DNA of 64,000 bases from Acidobacteriota bacterium. GTDB lineage: Bacteria > Acidobacteriota > UBA890 > WLXD01. The position numbers were made by a program, and so were the translations under genes. Below, piece after piece: positions 41,991-52,146 of the stretch. The stretch spans positions 2,016,001 through 2,080,000 of the forward strand of contig CBDBHB010000009.1 in NCBI GenBank assembly GCA_965205505.1. The letters run 5' to 3'. Numbering within the stretch: position 1 is the first letter of the stretch; every line of letters starts with the position of its first letter. The notes below the pieces were generated by a model that saw only the letters and a list, made by a program, of their open reading frames with translations, searched no databases and had not been told where the DNA came from.

Positions 41991-42084
41991 GCTTGGCCAC
42001 GGCTGCGCGCAAGCTCAAACGTGCCGCGGGTCGGGCCCTGCGCGCCAAAGGTAGTGCCCAACATGCTGCTTAGGCGACTTGCCC

Positions 42085-42700
42085 CTTCAGCCCGTGCCGA
42101 GTACGGGGCGCAGTTTCGCACCGACATAGAGTCGTTCGTTTCGCGCGAGGCCGTAGACGGCTCCGTTGTCCCCGGCCGCATTGAGCTGCGGCCGCAGGCA
42201 GGCGTCAGCTACCACGGGTTCCTCGACTTCGCGGGGGGCAGTGGTCAGGACAGCGCGACGCTGGCGGTAGGCCACGCAGAGAAACACGCCGACGAGCGGG
42301 TCGCGGTCCTCGACGCCGTGCGCGAGGTGCGGCCGCCGTTCAGCCCCCGACCCAGGTGTGCGGCGACTTCGCGGCCCTGTTGAAGCGCTACCGCGTCACG
42401 AGGGCAACAGCCGACCGGTTCGCGGGTGACTTCCCGGCCGAGCAGATGCGCGGCCACGGCATCAAGGTGGAGCCGGCCGATAGGGCGAAGTCGGACCTCT
42501 ACAAGGCATTCCTGCCGATGCTGAACAGCGACCAAGTCGAGCTGCTGGACTTGCCGCGGCTGCGTACCCAACTCGCTTCACTGGAACGGCGTGTGGGGCG
42601 GTCTGGGCGCGACAGCATCGACCATCCGGCAAACGGACACGATGATGTAGTCAAACAGCGCGGCCGGCGCGCTCGTGCTTGCTGGAGCACGCGACCGCAT
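42085..42700 (+). pseudogene. Terminase large subunit C-terminal (nuclease) fragment, frameshifted
   Basis: ARAEYGAQFR, DFAGGSGQDS, KSDLY, LERR...DHPANGHDD across two frames. Confidence 0.7.
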
Positions 42701-43124
42701 GCCGCAAGGACTCTTGTTCGTTGGACCGCCTTCTGAGAGTGAGATCGCAGAACTCGATGCGGAGTTGGTTCACCTCAAGAAGGAATTAGGTCTCGCATGA
42801 GCTATCGACAACGCATTCGGGAGCGCCTGGGGCGGCAAGTGTCAGACGAACTGGACGACAAGCCGTCGCCGAACGATGGGCAACACGATCGAGAGGACGA
42901 GGCCGCGCGTAAGCGAGCCGAACTTGAGGTACTGCGACGCATCCGTGAGGTCGGCTATTGGTGGCCCGATGGCTCGTGATTCGCATCTTGGGCGGTGGAC
43001 GCGAACTAGGAGCAGCACCGTTCACGGTTCCTTCGAGGAAGACTGGACGCTCAACGACCAGCCGAAAGGGCCTAGGAGCCGGCGGCCGGTGCGCCGCGAC
43101 TGAGGGCCCAGAGCTTTCGTACCG

Positions 43125-43520
43125 TCAGGTAGTCTGACCCGGAAACGCGTAGTGTCGCTCGCGTCGGTACAGTCCCGGCGCAACGAACATCCAAACCTGG
43201 TAGATGATCACCGGAGACGCGACAAGGAACCCCGACAGCGCGGCGACCTTCAAATAGAGGATGAACGGCTCGGTAAGCGAAAGGTACGCGGGCCGTTCGT
43301 CGCTGGGGAGCAATTCGACAATCGGCCGGGTCAGAAGGCTGTAGATGTCCGCCGCGAACGCCCAGCACACCACCATCCCGATGACGAACGTCACCAAGCT
43401 GACGATGAGGCGTCGGCGGAGCTCGGTCAGGTGACCGAGCAACGTCATTTCCGGTAGTGTCTCGCTCCGGCCAGCTCCCGACTGGTCGGCGGCCATCGTC
43501 GCGCCTTCAGACTCGCTCAC
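43125..43520 (-). pseudogene. tatC: Tat translocase TatC, 3' truncated
   Basis: MTLLGHLTELRRRL, EPF, YQVWMFVAPGLY; ends after about 125 aa. Confidence 0.9.
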
Positions 43521-43561
43521 CGCGCGGTTACTCCGACCACTCGCTCAGTCGGTCCACCCGC

Positions 43562-43777
43562 TCAGTCAGTATCGCGAGATCCCGTCCGCTCGCTGCGGTG
43601 CTCATCGAGCGTGATCTCATCTTCAAGCGAGCGTTTCAGGTCGTTCGAGGCTCGTCGGAACTCACTCAGACCCTTGCCAATCGTGCGTCCCAGCTCCGGC
43701 AGACGCTTCGGGCCGAACACCACGAGCGCGATCACCAGGATGATGAGCAGCTCAGTGCCCCCGATCGAGCCGAACAT
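43562..43777 (-). CDS. tatA: TatA/TatB subunit
   Basis: MFGSIGGTELLIILVIALVVFGPKRLPELGR. Confidence 0.9.
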   Translation of the reverse strand: MFGSIGGTELLIILVIALVVFGPKRLPELGRTIGKGLSEFRRASNDLKRSLEDEITLDEHRSERTGSRDTD

Positions 43778-43879
43778 AATTTCCTCACGACGATTTTTCG
43801 AGACCGGATAGCGACATCATATTGGCCCTTGGGCTGTAGCGACACTCCCATCACGACCGGCGCTCGCGACGCTCGTCGG

Positions 43880-44259
43880 GGCGTTGGTGCATAGCTCCTG
43901 ATCTCAGTGCATCATCGTGGCAAGGTCCCCGATCTGGAGTTGCCACCCATGAAGTACCCGAAACGGAGCCAGTACAAGTACGCGAAGTCTCGATATCGGA
44001 TTCGCAATTGGCCTGAGTACGAGTCGGGCCGGCTACAGCAAGCGCGCCATGGTCGAGAACGCGATCTATCGATACAAGACGATCATCGCCCGAGACATGC
44101 GGAGTCGCACGTTGGTGGGCCAACGCGTGGAAGTGCGACTTGCGTGCAGGATCCTCAATACGATGGCTCGTCTCGGGATGCCCGACAGCTACCGAGTGGC
44201 GTGAACCCCTCTCGGAGGACGGGGAAGCTCCCCTTAGCTCCGAGCCATACACCAACGCC
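43880..44259 (+). mobile_element. Internally deleted IS5-family (IS903-like) element
   Basis: 18-bp inverted repeats GGCGTTGGTGCATAGCTC / GAGCCATACACCAACGCC (16/18); transposase start (YRIRNWPEY) joined to its end (RYKTII...LGMPDSYRV). Confidence 0.85.
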
Positions 44260-44261
44260 AC

Positions 44262-46223
44262 TTAGATCCGCGGGAACCAGCCGTGGCGCATCTGCATGAG
44301 CTCTCCGACCGCGCGGTGCGCCTCGTCGAAGGCGGTCTGGGTGAGATCGATCCCCGAGGCATCGGTGTTGGCGATCGTGATCCGCCCGAAGGGCTGACTG
44401 GCGACCTTCCAGGGCTCCTCGCCGGGAGGCGACTCCGGATCGAACAGCGTGTTGGTCGCCAGGGCGTAGCCGTGCGGCCAGCGGTTCACGGTGATCGCCT
44501 CGATGTCGCGCGCCGGGTCGAAGCCCGCCGGCGACAGCACCCGCGCCATCTGGTCGCGGATCCGTCGTTCGAAGTCCTCGAAGGATGTCTCCAGGAGCGC
44601 TTGTCGCACCGCTCGCATCTGATCCCGAACCGGTGTGCCCGGGGGGATCGGCTCGCCGCGGCGTAGGCCGCGAACCATCGGCTCCCAGGAGAGCACCCCT
44701 CCACCATCCCCCAGCGAGACGACGATCGGGTCGGCGGGCGTGCGCGGTGGATCATAAGTCCCCAGCGTGATCGGTGCGCGAGGGCGGATGGCGCTGTAGA
44801 AAGAACCCGGACACGAAACGGTGGAGACGCCGAGCTCCTCGAATGCCCGCCAGTCGCGCACCAGGACGTTGGTGTACATCTGCACGGCGCGTGCGGCGAG
44901 GCTCAGCGCTTCCTTCTGCTCGGATGGAAGCTCGGGACACAGGTGCGGGATCATGGTGTGGTAGCAGGCCAGCACACAGCCCTTGCCGCGCACCCGGTAG
45001 GCTTTGCCACCGCGGACGTAGGTGATCTCGGTCTCGCGGGAGTCCGAGCTCAAGACCTGCGGTGGATTGCCGACATGCTGCGCGCGGACGGCGGCGCTGT
45101 TGAGCCGCAGACGCACGGGCGAGCGCGGCTCGTCGAGCTTCGAGTAGTCGGTTCGCCGGAGCTCGACGCTCGCCATCGATCCCGCTGGTAGGGCCGCCGG
45201 TATCAACGAGCGCACGATCATCCGCGCGATGTCGGAGTTGCCTGCCGGGAAATAGACGCCGGTGCCGTGGTCCGGGTGGGCCGGTGACTCCGGCGGAACC
45301 TCGAAGCCGAGCCCCTGGAAGCCCGGCAGGCTGCGATAGAGGGCGAACCACGCGCTCGAGGTATCGGCGCCCAAACACCAGACCCCGCCCACCAGCGGCA
45401 GCACGTCCGGATGCACTTGGACGACATCCAGCAGGTAGTCGTAGTAGCTGATGCGTTGCAGCCGTTGGATCTTCTCCTCGCGGGACAGCCCCGGCAGGTA
45501 GTCTCGCGCGTCGTTCCACAGCCGCAGTAGGTCGGCGCGCACCCGCTCGGTGAGCGGCGTGCGGGCGAGGAACTCCTCGGTGGGTCGGCGGACGCTGCCG
45601 GTGACCAGGGCATCCTTGCCGAAGCTCTCCTCGTGGAAGAAGACGGCCGTCTCGAGCCCCATGGACCGGAACATCCCCCGCTGCACGCTGCTGGTCGGAT
45701 GATCGAGCTCGACACCGATGTCCTCGAGCATCTCCCGCGCCGCCAGCGGATAGCGGTCGGGCTGCACCATGCGGACCGTGCCGCCGGTCGCCAGCAGCAC
45801 CTCGCCGTCGTGCTCGAACTCGTTGCGCCTGGCGTGGCCGCCAAAGTCGTCGTGATTCTCGAGGATCAGCACGCGGGCGTCAGGGCTCGTCGCCTTGCGG
45901 AAGAAGTACGCCGCCGCCAGACCGCTGAGGCCGGCGCCGACGACGATCAGGTCGTAGGTCTCGCCGGTGTCCTCGGCGTCATCCCACGTGACGCCGTCGC
46001 GGGCGGCGTGGGCCGCCTCGAACGAGCCGGGGTGCGATCCCCGCATGCCGGTTCGGGCCGGCGGATAGTAGTCGGCCGCCCGCTCGGGAGCATAGGCCTG
46101 GCCCATGCCCCCGGCGCGCAGTCTGGCCGGCAACGCCATCGCACCACCGACCGTGACGCTCACGCCGTTGACGAAGTCGCGCCGGGTGATGTTGCGGTTC
46201 ATCCCGAGGCCGCGGTCACTCAT
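44262..46223 (-). CDS. Spermidine dehydrogenase (SpdH)-like FAD oxidoreductase with Tat signal, copy 1
   Basis: ITRRDF, GMRGSHPGSFE, VVGAGLSG, DDFGGHARRNEF, TVNRWPHGY. Confidence 0.88.
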   Translation of the reverse strand: MSDRGLGMNRNITRRDFVNGVSVTVGGAMALPARLRAGGMGQAYAPERAADYYPPARTGMRGSHPGSFEAAHAARDGVTWDDAEDTGETYDLIVVGAGLSGLAAAYFFRKATSPDARVLILENHDDFGGHARRNEFEHDGEVLLATGGTVRMVQPDRYPLAAREMLEDIGVELDHPTSSVQRGMFRSMGLETAVFFHEESFGKDALVTGSVRRPTEEFLARTPLTERVRADLLRLWNDARDYLPGLSREEKIQRLQRISYYDYLLDVVQVHPDVLPLVGGVWCLGADTSSAWFALYRSLPGFQGLGFEVPPESPAHPDHGTGVYFPAGNSDIARMIVRSLIPAALPAGSMASVELRRTDYSKLDEPRSPVRLRLNSAAVRAQHVGNPPQVLSSDSRETEITYVRGGKAYRVRGKGCVLACYHTMIPHLCPELPSEQKEALSLAARAVQMYTNVLVRDWRAFEELGVSTVSCPGSFYSAIRPRAPITLGTYDPPRTPADPIVVSLGDGGGVLSWEPMVRGLRRGEPIPPGTPVRDQMRAVRQALLETSFEDFERRIRDQMARVLSPAGFDPARDIEAITVNRWPHGYALATNTLFDPESPPGEEPWKVASQPFGRITIANTDASGIDLTQTAFDEAHRAVGELMQMRHGWFPRI

Positions 46224-46230
46224 GGCCTTC

Positions 46231-47844
46231 TCAAGCGTGCGGTGCGATCTCGGTCATGTACCACTTGATAAATCCGGCCGGTCCCCCTTCTCGCCGGGCG
46301 TACGGTTGTCCGCCGGCGTGGTTGTAGCGGCTGTTCTGGATGCCGTGCTGGTTGTTCTCGACGATCCATCGATCCTCTCGGTAGGTGACGTCCCAGAGCT
46401 CCATCATGCGCTCCACGTCCACCTCTGCATCCTTGGCGTCGCCCTTGACCAGCCAGAAGATCTCGACATCGGTCGACTGTATGTCTCGTGGGGTGAAGCG
46501 GGCGACCGCGATGTGGTCGTCGTAGGCGGCGAAGAACGACGTCGAGAAACCGGTCGTTGCGCCGCGCCGCTGATGCGTCCACTTGTCGAGGATGAGCGGC
46601 GCCACCGGCTTGCCATCGAGGCTGCCGGTGACGAAGCCGGGTGAGAGATGGCGGGTCACCGTGTAGCTGCTCTGGCTCGCTTGCGGCGACTGCGTCTGCT
46701 CGAGCTGATCGCTGCCATGACAGAGGTGGCACGGCTCGCCCTCGCCGGCCTCCGGCTGTTGCTGCTCCGGGTGCTCGTGGCTCGCCACTTCCTCGTGGAG
46801 GTTGGCGATTTGCTCGGGGCTCATCACGTGCGCTTGCTGCCACCACTGGACCATCACCAACGACTTGTGCGCCGGCTCGCAGTGATAGCACTCCTCGAAG
46901 TTCTCGACCGCCATCTTCCAGTTCGCCTTCGTCGGGTACTGCTTGCGAGCTACTACTTTCAGATTCGCGGTTCCATAGAACTCGCAGACCCCTCGCCACC
47001 TGGTCACGAAGTCGTCGAAGCCCGCTGGTTCTTCGTCGGCCAGGTTGACGAAGATGAAGCCTTCGACCATCTGCACGTGGGCCGGGTGCAGGCCGTGCTG
47101 GTCTTGTTCGAACCCCTCTGGCATCCCGGTCGGCGCCGAGATCAGCTTGCCGTCGAGATCGTAGGTCCAGGCGTGATACGGGCAACGAAAGACCGCTGTG
47201 TTACCGCTCGGTCCTTGTTGGGCTACCGACAGCCGCGAGTCCACCGGCTTGCCGTCGAGCGTCGCCTCGCCCGGCAGGTCCTTGTCGAAACCGTGCAGGC
47301 AGAGCCGCGATCCGCGGTGTCGGCAGACGTTGTGGTAGGCCTTCACGGCACCGTCGTTGGCGCGCGTGATGATGAGGCTGCCGCCACGGCCGAACTCGAA
47401 GACGAAGTAGTCGCCCGGATTGGGAATGCGGCTCTCATGGTCGGCCATGAACCAGAAATGATCTTGCAGGAAGCGCTCTTCGTTCAGCCAGTGCTTCTCG
47501 TCGAGGTAGTACTCGGCCGGAATCGTGGTTCCTTCTTGCCACCCGCCCGGATAGCTGGGGGCCTCGCCGGGTGGCGACATGATGTCCTCCAGCAGCACAT
47601 CGCGACCGTCAAAATCCTCGCCGCCATACGTCACTTCGGGCGGCATCGTGATCGGACCCCGAGGTGCGGCTGCCGCGGCTTTTGCTGCTTCCGACGTTCC
47701 CTTCTCCGCTAACGTTTCACCACGCAGCACCTTGGGAAGCGCCACCGCGGCCGCTCCCGCCGCAACCGAAGTCTTGGCGAAGTCGCGACGGCTGACTTTC
47801 TTGCGCTCGGTGTCCTTGTTGTTCTTGCTGTCTCTCTTACTCAT
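46231..47844 (-). CDS. Rieske non-heme iron oxygenase alpha subunit (GbcA/choline monooxygenase-like) with Tat signal, copy 1
   Basis: SRRDF, CRHRG...CPYH, NWK..VENFEECYHC..AH; extra CHLCH. Confidence 0.88.
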   Translation of the reverse strand: MSKRDSKNNKDTERKKVSRRDFAKTSVAAGAAAVALPKVLRGETLAEKGTSEAAKAAAAAPRGPITMPPEVTYGGEDFDGRDVLLEDIMSPPGEAPSYPGGWQEGTTIPAEYYLDEKHWLNEERFLQDHFWFMADHESRIPNPGDYFVFEFGRGGSLIITRANDGAVKAYHNVCRHRGSRLCLHGFDKDLPGEATLDGKPVDSRLSVAQQGPSGNTAVFRCPYHAWTYDLDGKLISAPTGMPEGFEQDQHGLHPAHVQMVEGFIFVNLADEEPAGFDDFVTRWRGVCEFYGTANLKVVARKQYPTKANWKMAVENFEECYHCEPAHKSLVMVQWWQQAHVMSPEQIANLHEEVASHEHPEQQQPEAGEGEPCHLCHGSDQLEQTQSPQASQSSYTVTRHLSPGFVTGSLDGKPVAPLILDKWTHQRRGATTGFSTSFFAAYDDHIAVARFTPRDIQSTDVEIFWLVKGDAKDAEVDVERMMELWDVTYREDRWIVENNQHGIQNSRYNHAGGQPYARREGGPAGFIKWYMTEIAPHA

Positions 47845-48029
47845 GCCACCCTCGTGCGGCTAGCGGACAGGACGTCTAGGCCCCTGTATGCAAGCACAGG
47901 TGAAATGCCTTTACCATGGGGTCTGTCAAGTCAACGACATGTTTGTCAGATTCCCGAGGCAACGAACCTCTGTCGCCGCCAGCCCCGCGTCGATCGCTCA
48001 CTACGTGGCTCGTTTTCGGGGTCCCCTGA

Positions 48030-48365
48030 GAGGCCGATCTCCCGGAACTTGGCGGCCAGCCACTCGGCGCTCTCCGCATCGGCGGACGTGCCGGTGATCG
48101 GGCCCCAGAACTGCGGATGCCCCCGGTCTCGATACCGCCTTGATATCTCGGCCTGCTCCACGACGTGCTGATGGAGACGCCGGCCGTCGATGTCCGCGTA
48201 CGCCTCGGCGCCGGACGGTAGCGGCCATCGCAGCAACGAATCCTGCAGGTCGTCCAGCGTCGTCGGAGTACTCTCTGATGGCCGGGTACCGGCCTGTCCC
48301 GAGCACGCCGCTGCTGACACTATGAAGGCCACGAACGTCGCCGTTACCCGCGAAACGTGCCCATC
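48030..48365 (-). pseudogene. N-terminal fragment of a lipoprotein (M28 peptidase-like)
   Basis: AAAC lipobox; ISRRYRD..HPQFWG; truncated. Confidence 0.4.
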
Positions 48366-48479
48366 GCACCCAATTCACGTCGGGTCACTGTTGTGCACAC
48401 GGAGCCCTCCCGCGATGCGGCGCGACGTGTGGGTGTCCTAATCGTGTGGCTGGATTGTTCAGTTGCTATCGATGCTGAC

Positions 48480-50444
48480 TCAGATCCGCGGGAACCACCC
48501 ATGGCGCATCTGCACGAGCTCTCCGACCGCGCGGTGCGCCTCGTCGAAGGCGGTCTGGGTGAGATCGATCCCCGAGGCATCGGTGTTGGCGATCGTGATC
48601 CGCCCGAAGGGCTGACTGGCGACCTTCCAGGGCTCCTCGCCGGGAGGCGACTCCGGATCGAACAGCGTGTTGGTCGCCAGGGCGTAGCCGTGCGGCCAGC
48701 GGTTCACGGTGATCGCCTCGATGTCGCGCGCCGGGTCGAAGCCCGCCGGCGACAGCACCCGCGCCATCTGGTCGCGGATCCGTCGTTCGAAGTCCTCAAA
48801 GGATGTCTCCAGGAGCGCTTGTCGCACCGCTCGCATCTGATCCCGAACCGGTGTGCCCGGGGGGATCGGCTCGCCGCGGCGTAGGCCGCGAACCATCGGT
48901 TCCCAGGAGAGCACCCCTCCGCCAGCCCCCAGCGAGACGACGATCGGGTCGGCGGGCGTGCGCGGTGGATCATAAGTCCCCAGCGTGATCGGTGCGCGAG
49001 GGCGGATGGCGCTGTAGAACGAGCCCGGACACGAAACGCTGGAGACGCCGAGCTCCTCGAGTGCCCGCCAGTCGCGCACCAGGACGTTGGTGGACATATT
49101 CACGGCGCGTGCGGCGAGGCTCAGCGCTTCCTTCTGCTCGGATGGAAGCTCGGGACACAGGTGCGGGATCATGGTGTGGTAGCAGGCCAACACACAGCCC
49201 TTGCCGCGCACCCGGTAGGCCTTGCCACCGCGGACGTAGGTGATCTCGGTCTCGCGGGAGTCCGAGCTCAAGACCTGCGGTGGATCGCCGACATGCTGCG
49301 CGCGGACGGCGGCGCTGTTGAGCCGCAGACGCACGGGCTGGTGCGGCTCGTCAAGCTTCGAGTAGTTGGTTCGCCGGAGCTCGACGCTCGCCATCGATCC
49401 CGCTGGTAGGGCCGCCGGGATCAACGAGCGCACGATCATCCGCGCGATGTCGGAGTTGCCGGCCGGGAAGTAGACGTCGGTGGTGTCGTGGTCCGGGTGG
49501 GCCGGTGACTCCGGCGGAACCTCGAAGCCGAGCCCCTGGAAGCCCGGCAGGCCGCGATAGAGGGCGAACCACGCGCTCGAGGTATCGGCGCCCAGACACC
49601 AGACCCCACCAACCAGCGGCAGCACGTCCGGATGCACTTGGACGACATCCAGCAGGTAGTCGCGGTAGCTGATGCGTTGAAGCCGCTGGATCTTCTCCGC
49701 CCTGGACAGCCCCGGCAGATAGTCGCGCCGGTCGTTCCAGAGCCGCAGCAGGTCCCGGCGTATCGGCTCAGTGAGCGGCGTCTTGGCGAGGAACTCCTCC
49801 GTGGGTCGCCGGACGCTGCCGTTGACCAGGACGTCCTTCCCGAAGCTCTCCTTGCCAAAGAAAACGGCTGGCTCCAGCCCCAACTCCCTGAACATCCCTC
49901 GATGGACGTTGTTGGTAGGATGATCCAGCTCGACACCGATATCCTGGAGCATCTCCCGCGCCGCCAGCGGGTAGCGCTCCGGCGTCACCATGTAAGACGT
50001 GCCGCCGGTCGCCAGCAGCACCTCGCCGTCGTGCTCGAACTCGTTGCGCCTGGCGTGGCCGCCAAAGTCGTCGTGATTCTCGAGGATCAGCACGCGGGCG
50101 TCAGGGCTCGTCGCCTTGCGGAAGAAGTACGCCGCCGCCAGACCGCTGAGGCCGGCGCCGACGACGATCAGGTCGTAGGTCTCGCCGGTGTCCTCGGCGT
50201 CATCCCACGTGACGCCGTCGCGGGCGGCGTGGGCCGCCTCGAACGAACCGGGGTGCGAGCCGCGCATACCGGTACGGGCCGGCGGGTAATAGTCGGTTGC
50301 CTTCTCGGGGGCGTGGGCCTGGCTGACGCCTGCGGCGCGAAGCCTGGCCGGCAAGGCCATCGCACCGCCGACAGCGACGCTCACGCCGTTGACGAAGTCG
50401 CGCCGGGTGATATTGCGGTCCATTCCGAGTCCACGATCGCGCAT
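48480..50444 (-). CDS. SpdH-like FAD oxidoreductase with Tat signal, copy 2
   Basis: Highly similar to 44262-46223. Confidence 0.88.
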   Translation of the reverse strand: MRDRGLGMDRNITRRDFVNGVSVAVGGAMALPARLRAAGVSQAHAPEKATDYYPPARTGMRGSHPGSFEAAHAARDGVTWDDAEDTGETYDLIVVGAGLSGLAAAYFFRKATSPDARVLILENHDDFGGHARRNEFEHDGEVLLATGGTSYMVTPERYPLAAREMLQDIGVELDHPTNNVHRGMFRELGLEPAVFFGKESFGKDVLVNGSVRRPTEEFLAKTPLTEPIRRDLLRLWNDRRDYLPGLSRAEKIQRLQRISYRDYLLDVVQVHPDVLPLVGGVWCLGADTSSAWFALYRGLPGFQGLGFEVPPESPAHPDHDTTDVYFPAGNSDIARMIVRSLIPAALPAGSMASVELRRTNYSKLDEPHQPVRLRLNSAAVRAQHVGDPPQVLSSDSRETEITYVRGGKAYRVRGKGCVLACYHTMIPHLCPELPSEQKEALSLAARAVNMSTNVLVRDWRALEELGVSSVSCPGSFYSAIRPRAPITLGTYDPPRTPADPIVVSLGAGGGVLSWEPMVRGLRRGEPIPPGTPVRDQMRAVRQALLETSFEDFERRIRDQMARVLSPAGFDPARDIEAITVNRWPHGYALATNTLFDPESPPGEEPWKVASQPFGRITIANTDASGIDLTQTAFDEAHRAVGELVQMRHGWFPRI

Positions 50445-50528
50445 ACCTATTCCTCGAGTCAGCGCGCCCCTTCGGTTGTGAGCTTCAGAGCACGCCTGCG
50501 GTGATGGACCAAGCGAACGGAGGCCGGC

Positions 50529-52061
50529 TTACGCGTGCGTTGCGATCTCGGTCATGTACCACTTGATGAATCCGGCCGGTCCCCCTTCTCGCGTGGCGTA
50601 CGGTTGCCCGCCGCCGTAGTTGTAGCGACTGTTCTGGATGCCGTGCTGGTTGTTCTCGACGATCCATAGATCCTCTCGGTAGGTGACGTCCCAGAGCTCC
50701 ATCATGCGCTCCACGTCCACCTCTGCATCCTTGGCGTCGCCCTTGACCAGCCAGAAGATCTCGACATCGGTCGACTGTATGTCTCGTGGGGTGAAGCGGG
50801 CAACCGCGATGTGGTCGTCGTAGGCGGCGAAGAACGACGTCGAGAAACCGGTCGTTGCGCCGCGCCGCTGATGCGTCCACTCGTCGAGGATGAGCGGCGC
50901 CACCGGCTTGCCATCGAGGCTGCCGGTGACGAAGCCGGGTGAGAGGTGGCGGTTCATCGTGTAGCTGCTCTGGTTCGCGTTGTCCTGTTGCCGCTCCAAG
51001 TGCTCGTGGCTCACCAGTTCCTGCTCGAGGTTGGCGCGTTGCTCGGGGGTCATCACGTGCGCTTGCTGCCACCACTGGACCATCACCAACGACTTGTGCG
51101 CCGGCTCGCAGTGATAGCACTCCTGGAAGTTCTCGACCGCCAGCTTCCAGTTCGCCTTCGTCGGGTACTGCTTGCGAGCTACTACTTTCAGATTCGCGGT
51201 TCCATAGAACTTGGAGACCCCTCGCCACCTGGTCACGAAGTCGTCGAAGCCCGCTGGTTCTTCGTCGGCCAGGTTGACGAAGATGAAGCCTTCGACCATC
51301 TGCACGTGGGCCGGGTGCAGGCCGTGCTGGTCTTGTTCGAACCCCTCCGGCATCCCGGTCGGCAGCGAGATCAGCTTGCCGTCGAGATCGTAGGTCCAGG
51401 AGTGATACGGGCAACGAAAGACCGCTGTGTTACCGCTCGGTCCCTGTTGGGCTACCGACAGCCGCGAGTCCACCGGCTTGCCGTCGAGCGTCGCCTCGCC
51501 CGGCAGGTCCTTGTCGAAACCGTGCAGGCAGAGCCGCGATCCGCGGTGTCGGCAGACGTTGTGGTAGGCCTTCACGGCACCGTCGTTGGCGCGCGCGATG
51601 ATGAGGCTGCCGCCACGGCCGAACTCGAAGACGAAGTAGTCGCCCGGACTGGGAATGCGGCTCTCATGGTCGGCCATGAACCAGAAATGATCTTGCAGGA
51701 AGCGCTCTTCGTTCAGCCAGTGCTTCTCGTCGAGGTAGTACTCGGCCGGAATCGTGGTTCCTTCTTGCCACCCGCCCGGATAGCTGGGGGCCTCGCCGGG
51801 TGGCGACATGATGTCCTCCAGCAGCACATCGCGACCGTCAAAATCCTCGCCGCCATACGTCACTTCGGGCGGCATCGTGATCGGACCCCGAGGTGCGGCT
51901 GCCGCGGCTTTTGCTGCTTCCGACGTTCCCTTCTCCGCTAACGTTTCACTACGCAGCGCCTTGGGAAGCGCCACCGCAGCTGCTCCTGCCGCAACCGAAG
52001 TCTTGGCGAAGTCACGACGGCTGACCTTCTTTCGCTTGTTCTCCTTTTTGTTCTTGCTCAT
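50529..52061 (-). CDS. Rieske oxygenase alpha subunit with Tat signal, copy 2
   Basis: Highly similar to 46231-47844; lacks the CHLCH insertion. Confidence 0.88.
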   Translation of the reverse strand: MSKNKKENKRKKVSRRDFAKTSVAAGAAAVALPKALRSETLAEKGTSEAAKAAAAAPRGPITMPPEVTYGGEDFDGRDVLLEDIMSPPGEAPSYPGGWQEGTTIPAEYYLDEKHWLNEERFLQDHFWFMADHESRIPSPGDYFVFEFGRGGSLIIARANDGAVKAYHNVCRHRGSRLCLHGFDKDLPGEATLDGKPVDSRLSVAQQGPSGNTAVFRCPYHSWTYDLDGKLISLPTGMPEGFEQDQHGLHPAHVQMVEGFIFVNLADEEPAGFDDFVTRWRGVSKFYGTANLKVVARKQYPTKANWKLAVENFQECYHCEPAHKSLVMVQWWQQAHVMTPEQRANLEQELVSHEHLERQQDNANQSSYTMNRHLSPGFVTGSLDGKPVAPLILDEWTHQRRGATTGFSTSFFAAYDDHIAVARFTPRDIQSTDVEIFWLVKGDAKDAEVDVERMMELWDVTYREDLWIVENNQHGIQNSRYNYGGGQPYATREGGPAGFIKWYMTEIATHA

Positions 52062-52117
52062 ACCATCCTCCGGCAGCCAAGACGTTCAGATACCTGTATA
52101 CAAGCATAGATGAAGCG

Positions 52118-52146
52118 CCATTACCATGGGGTCTGTCAAAAGTCAA
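52118..52146 (-). promoter_or_regulatory. Putative sigma70 promoter of the Rieske operon (related copy near 47910-47936)
   Basis: Minus strand reads TTGACT-N17-TAATGG; the region is conserved between the duplicates. Confidence 0.45.

Noticed and set aside
44262-52061. Diversity-generating retroelement (template/variable repeat)
   Set aside because: The duplication covers whole genes, differences are not adenine-specific, and there is no reverse transcriptase
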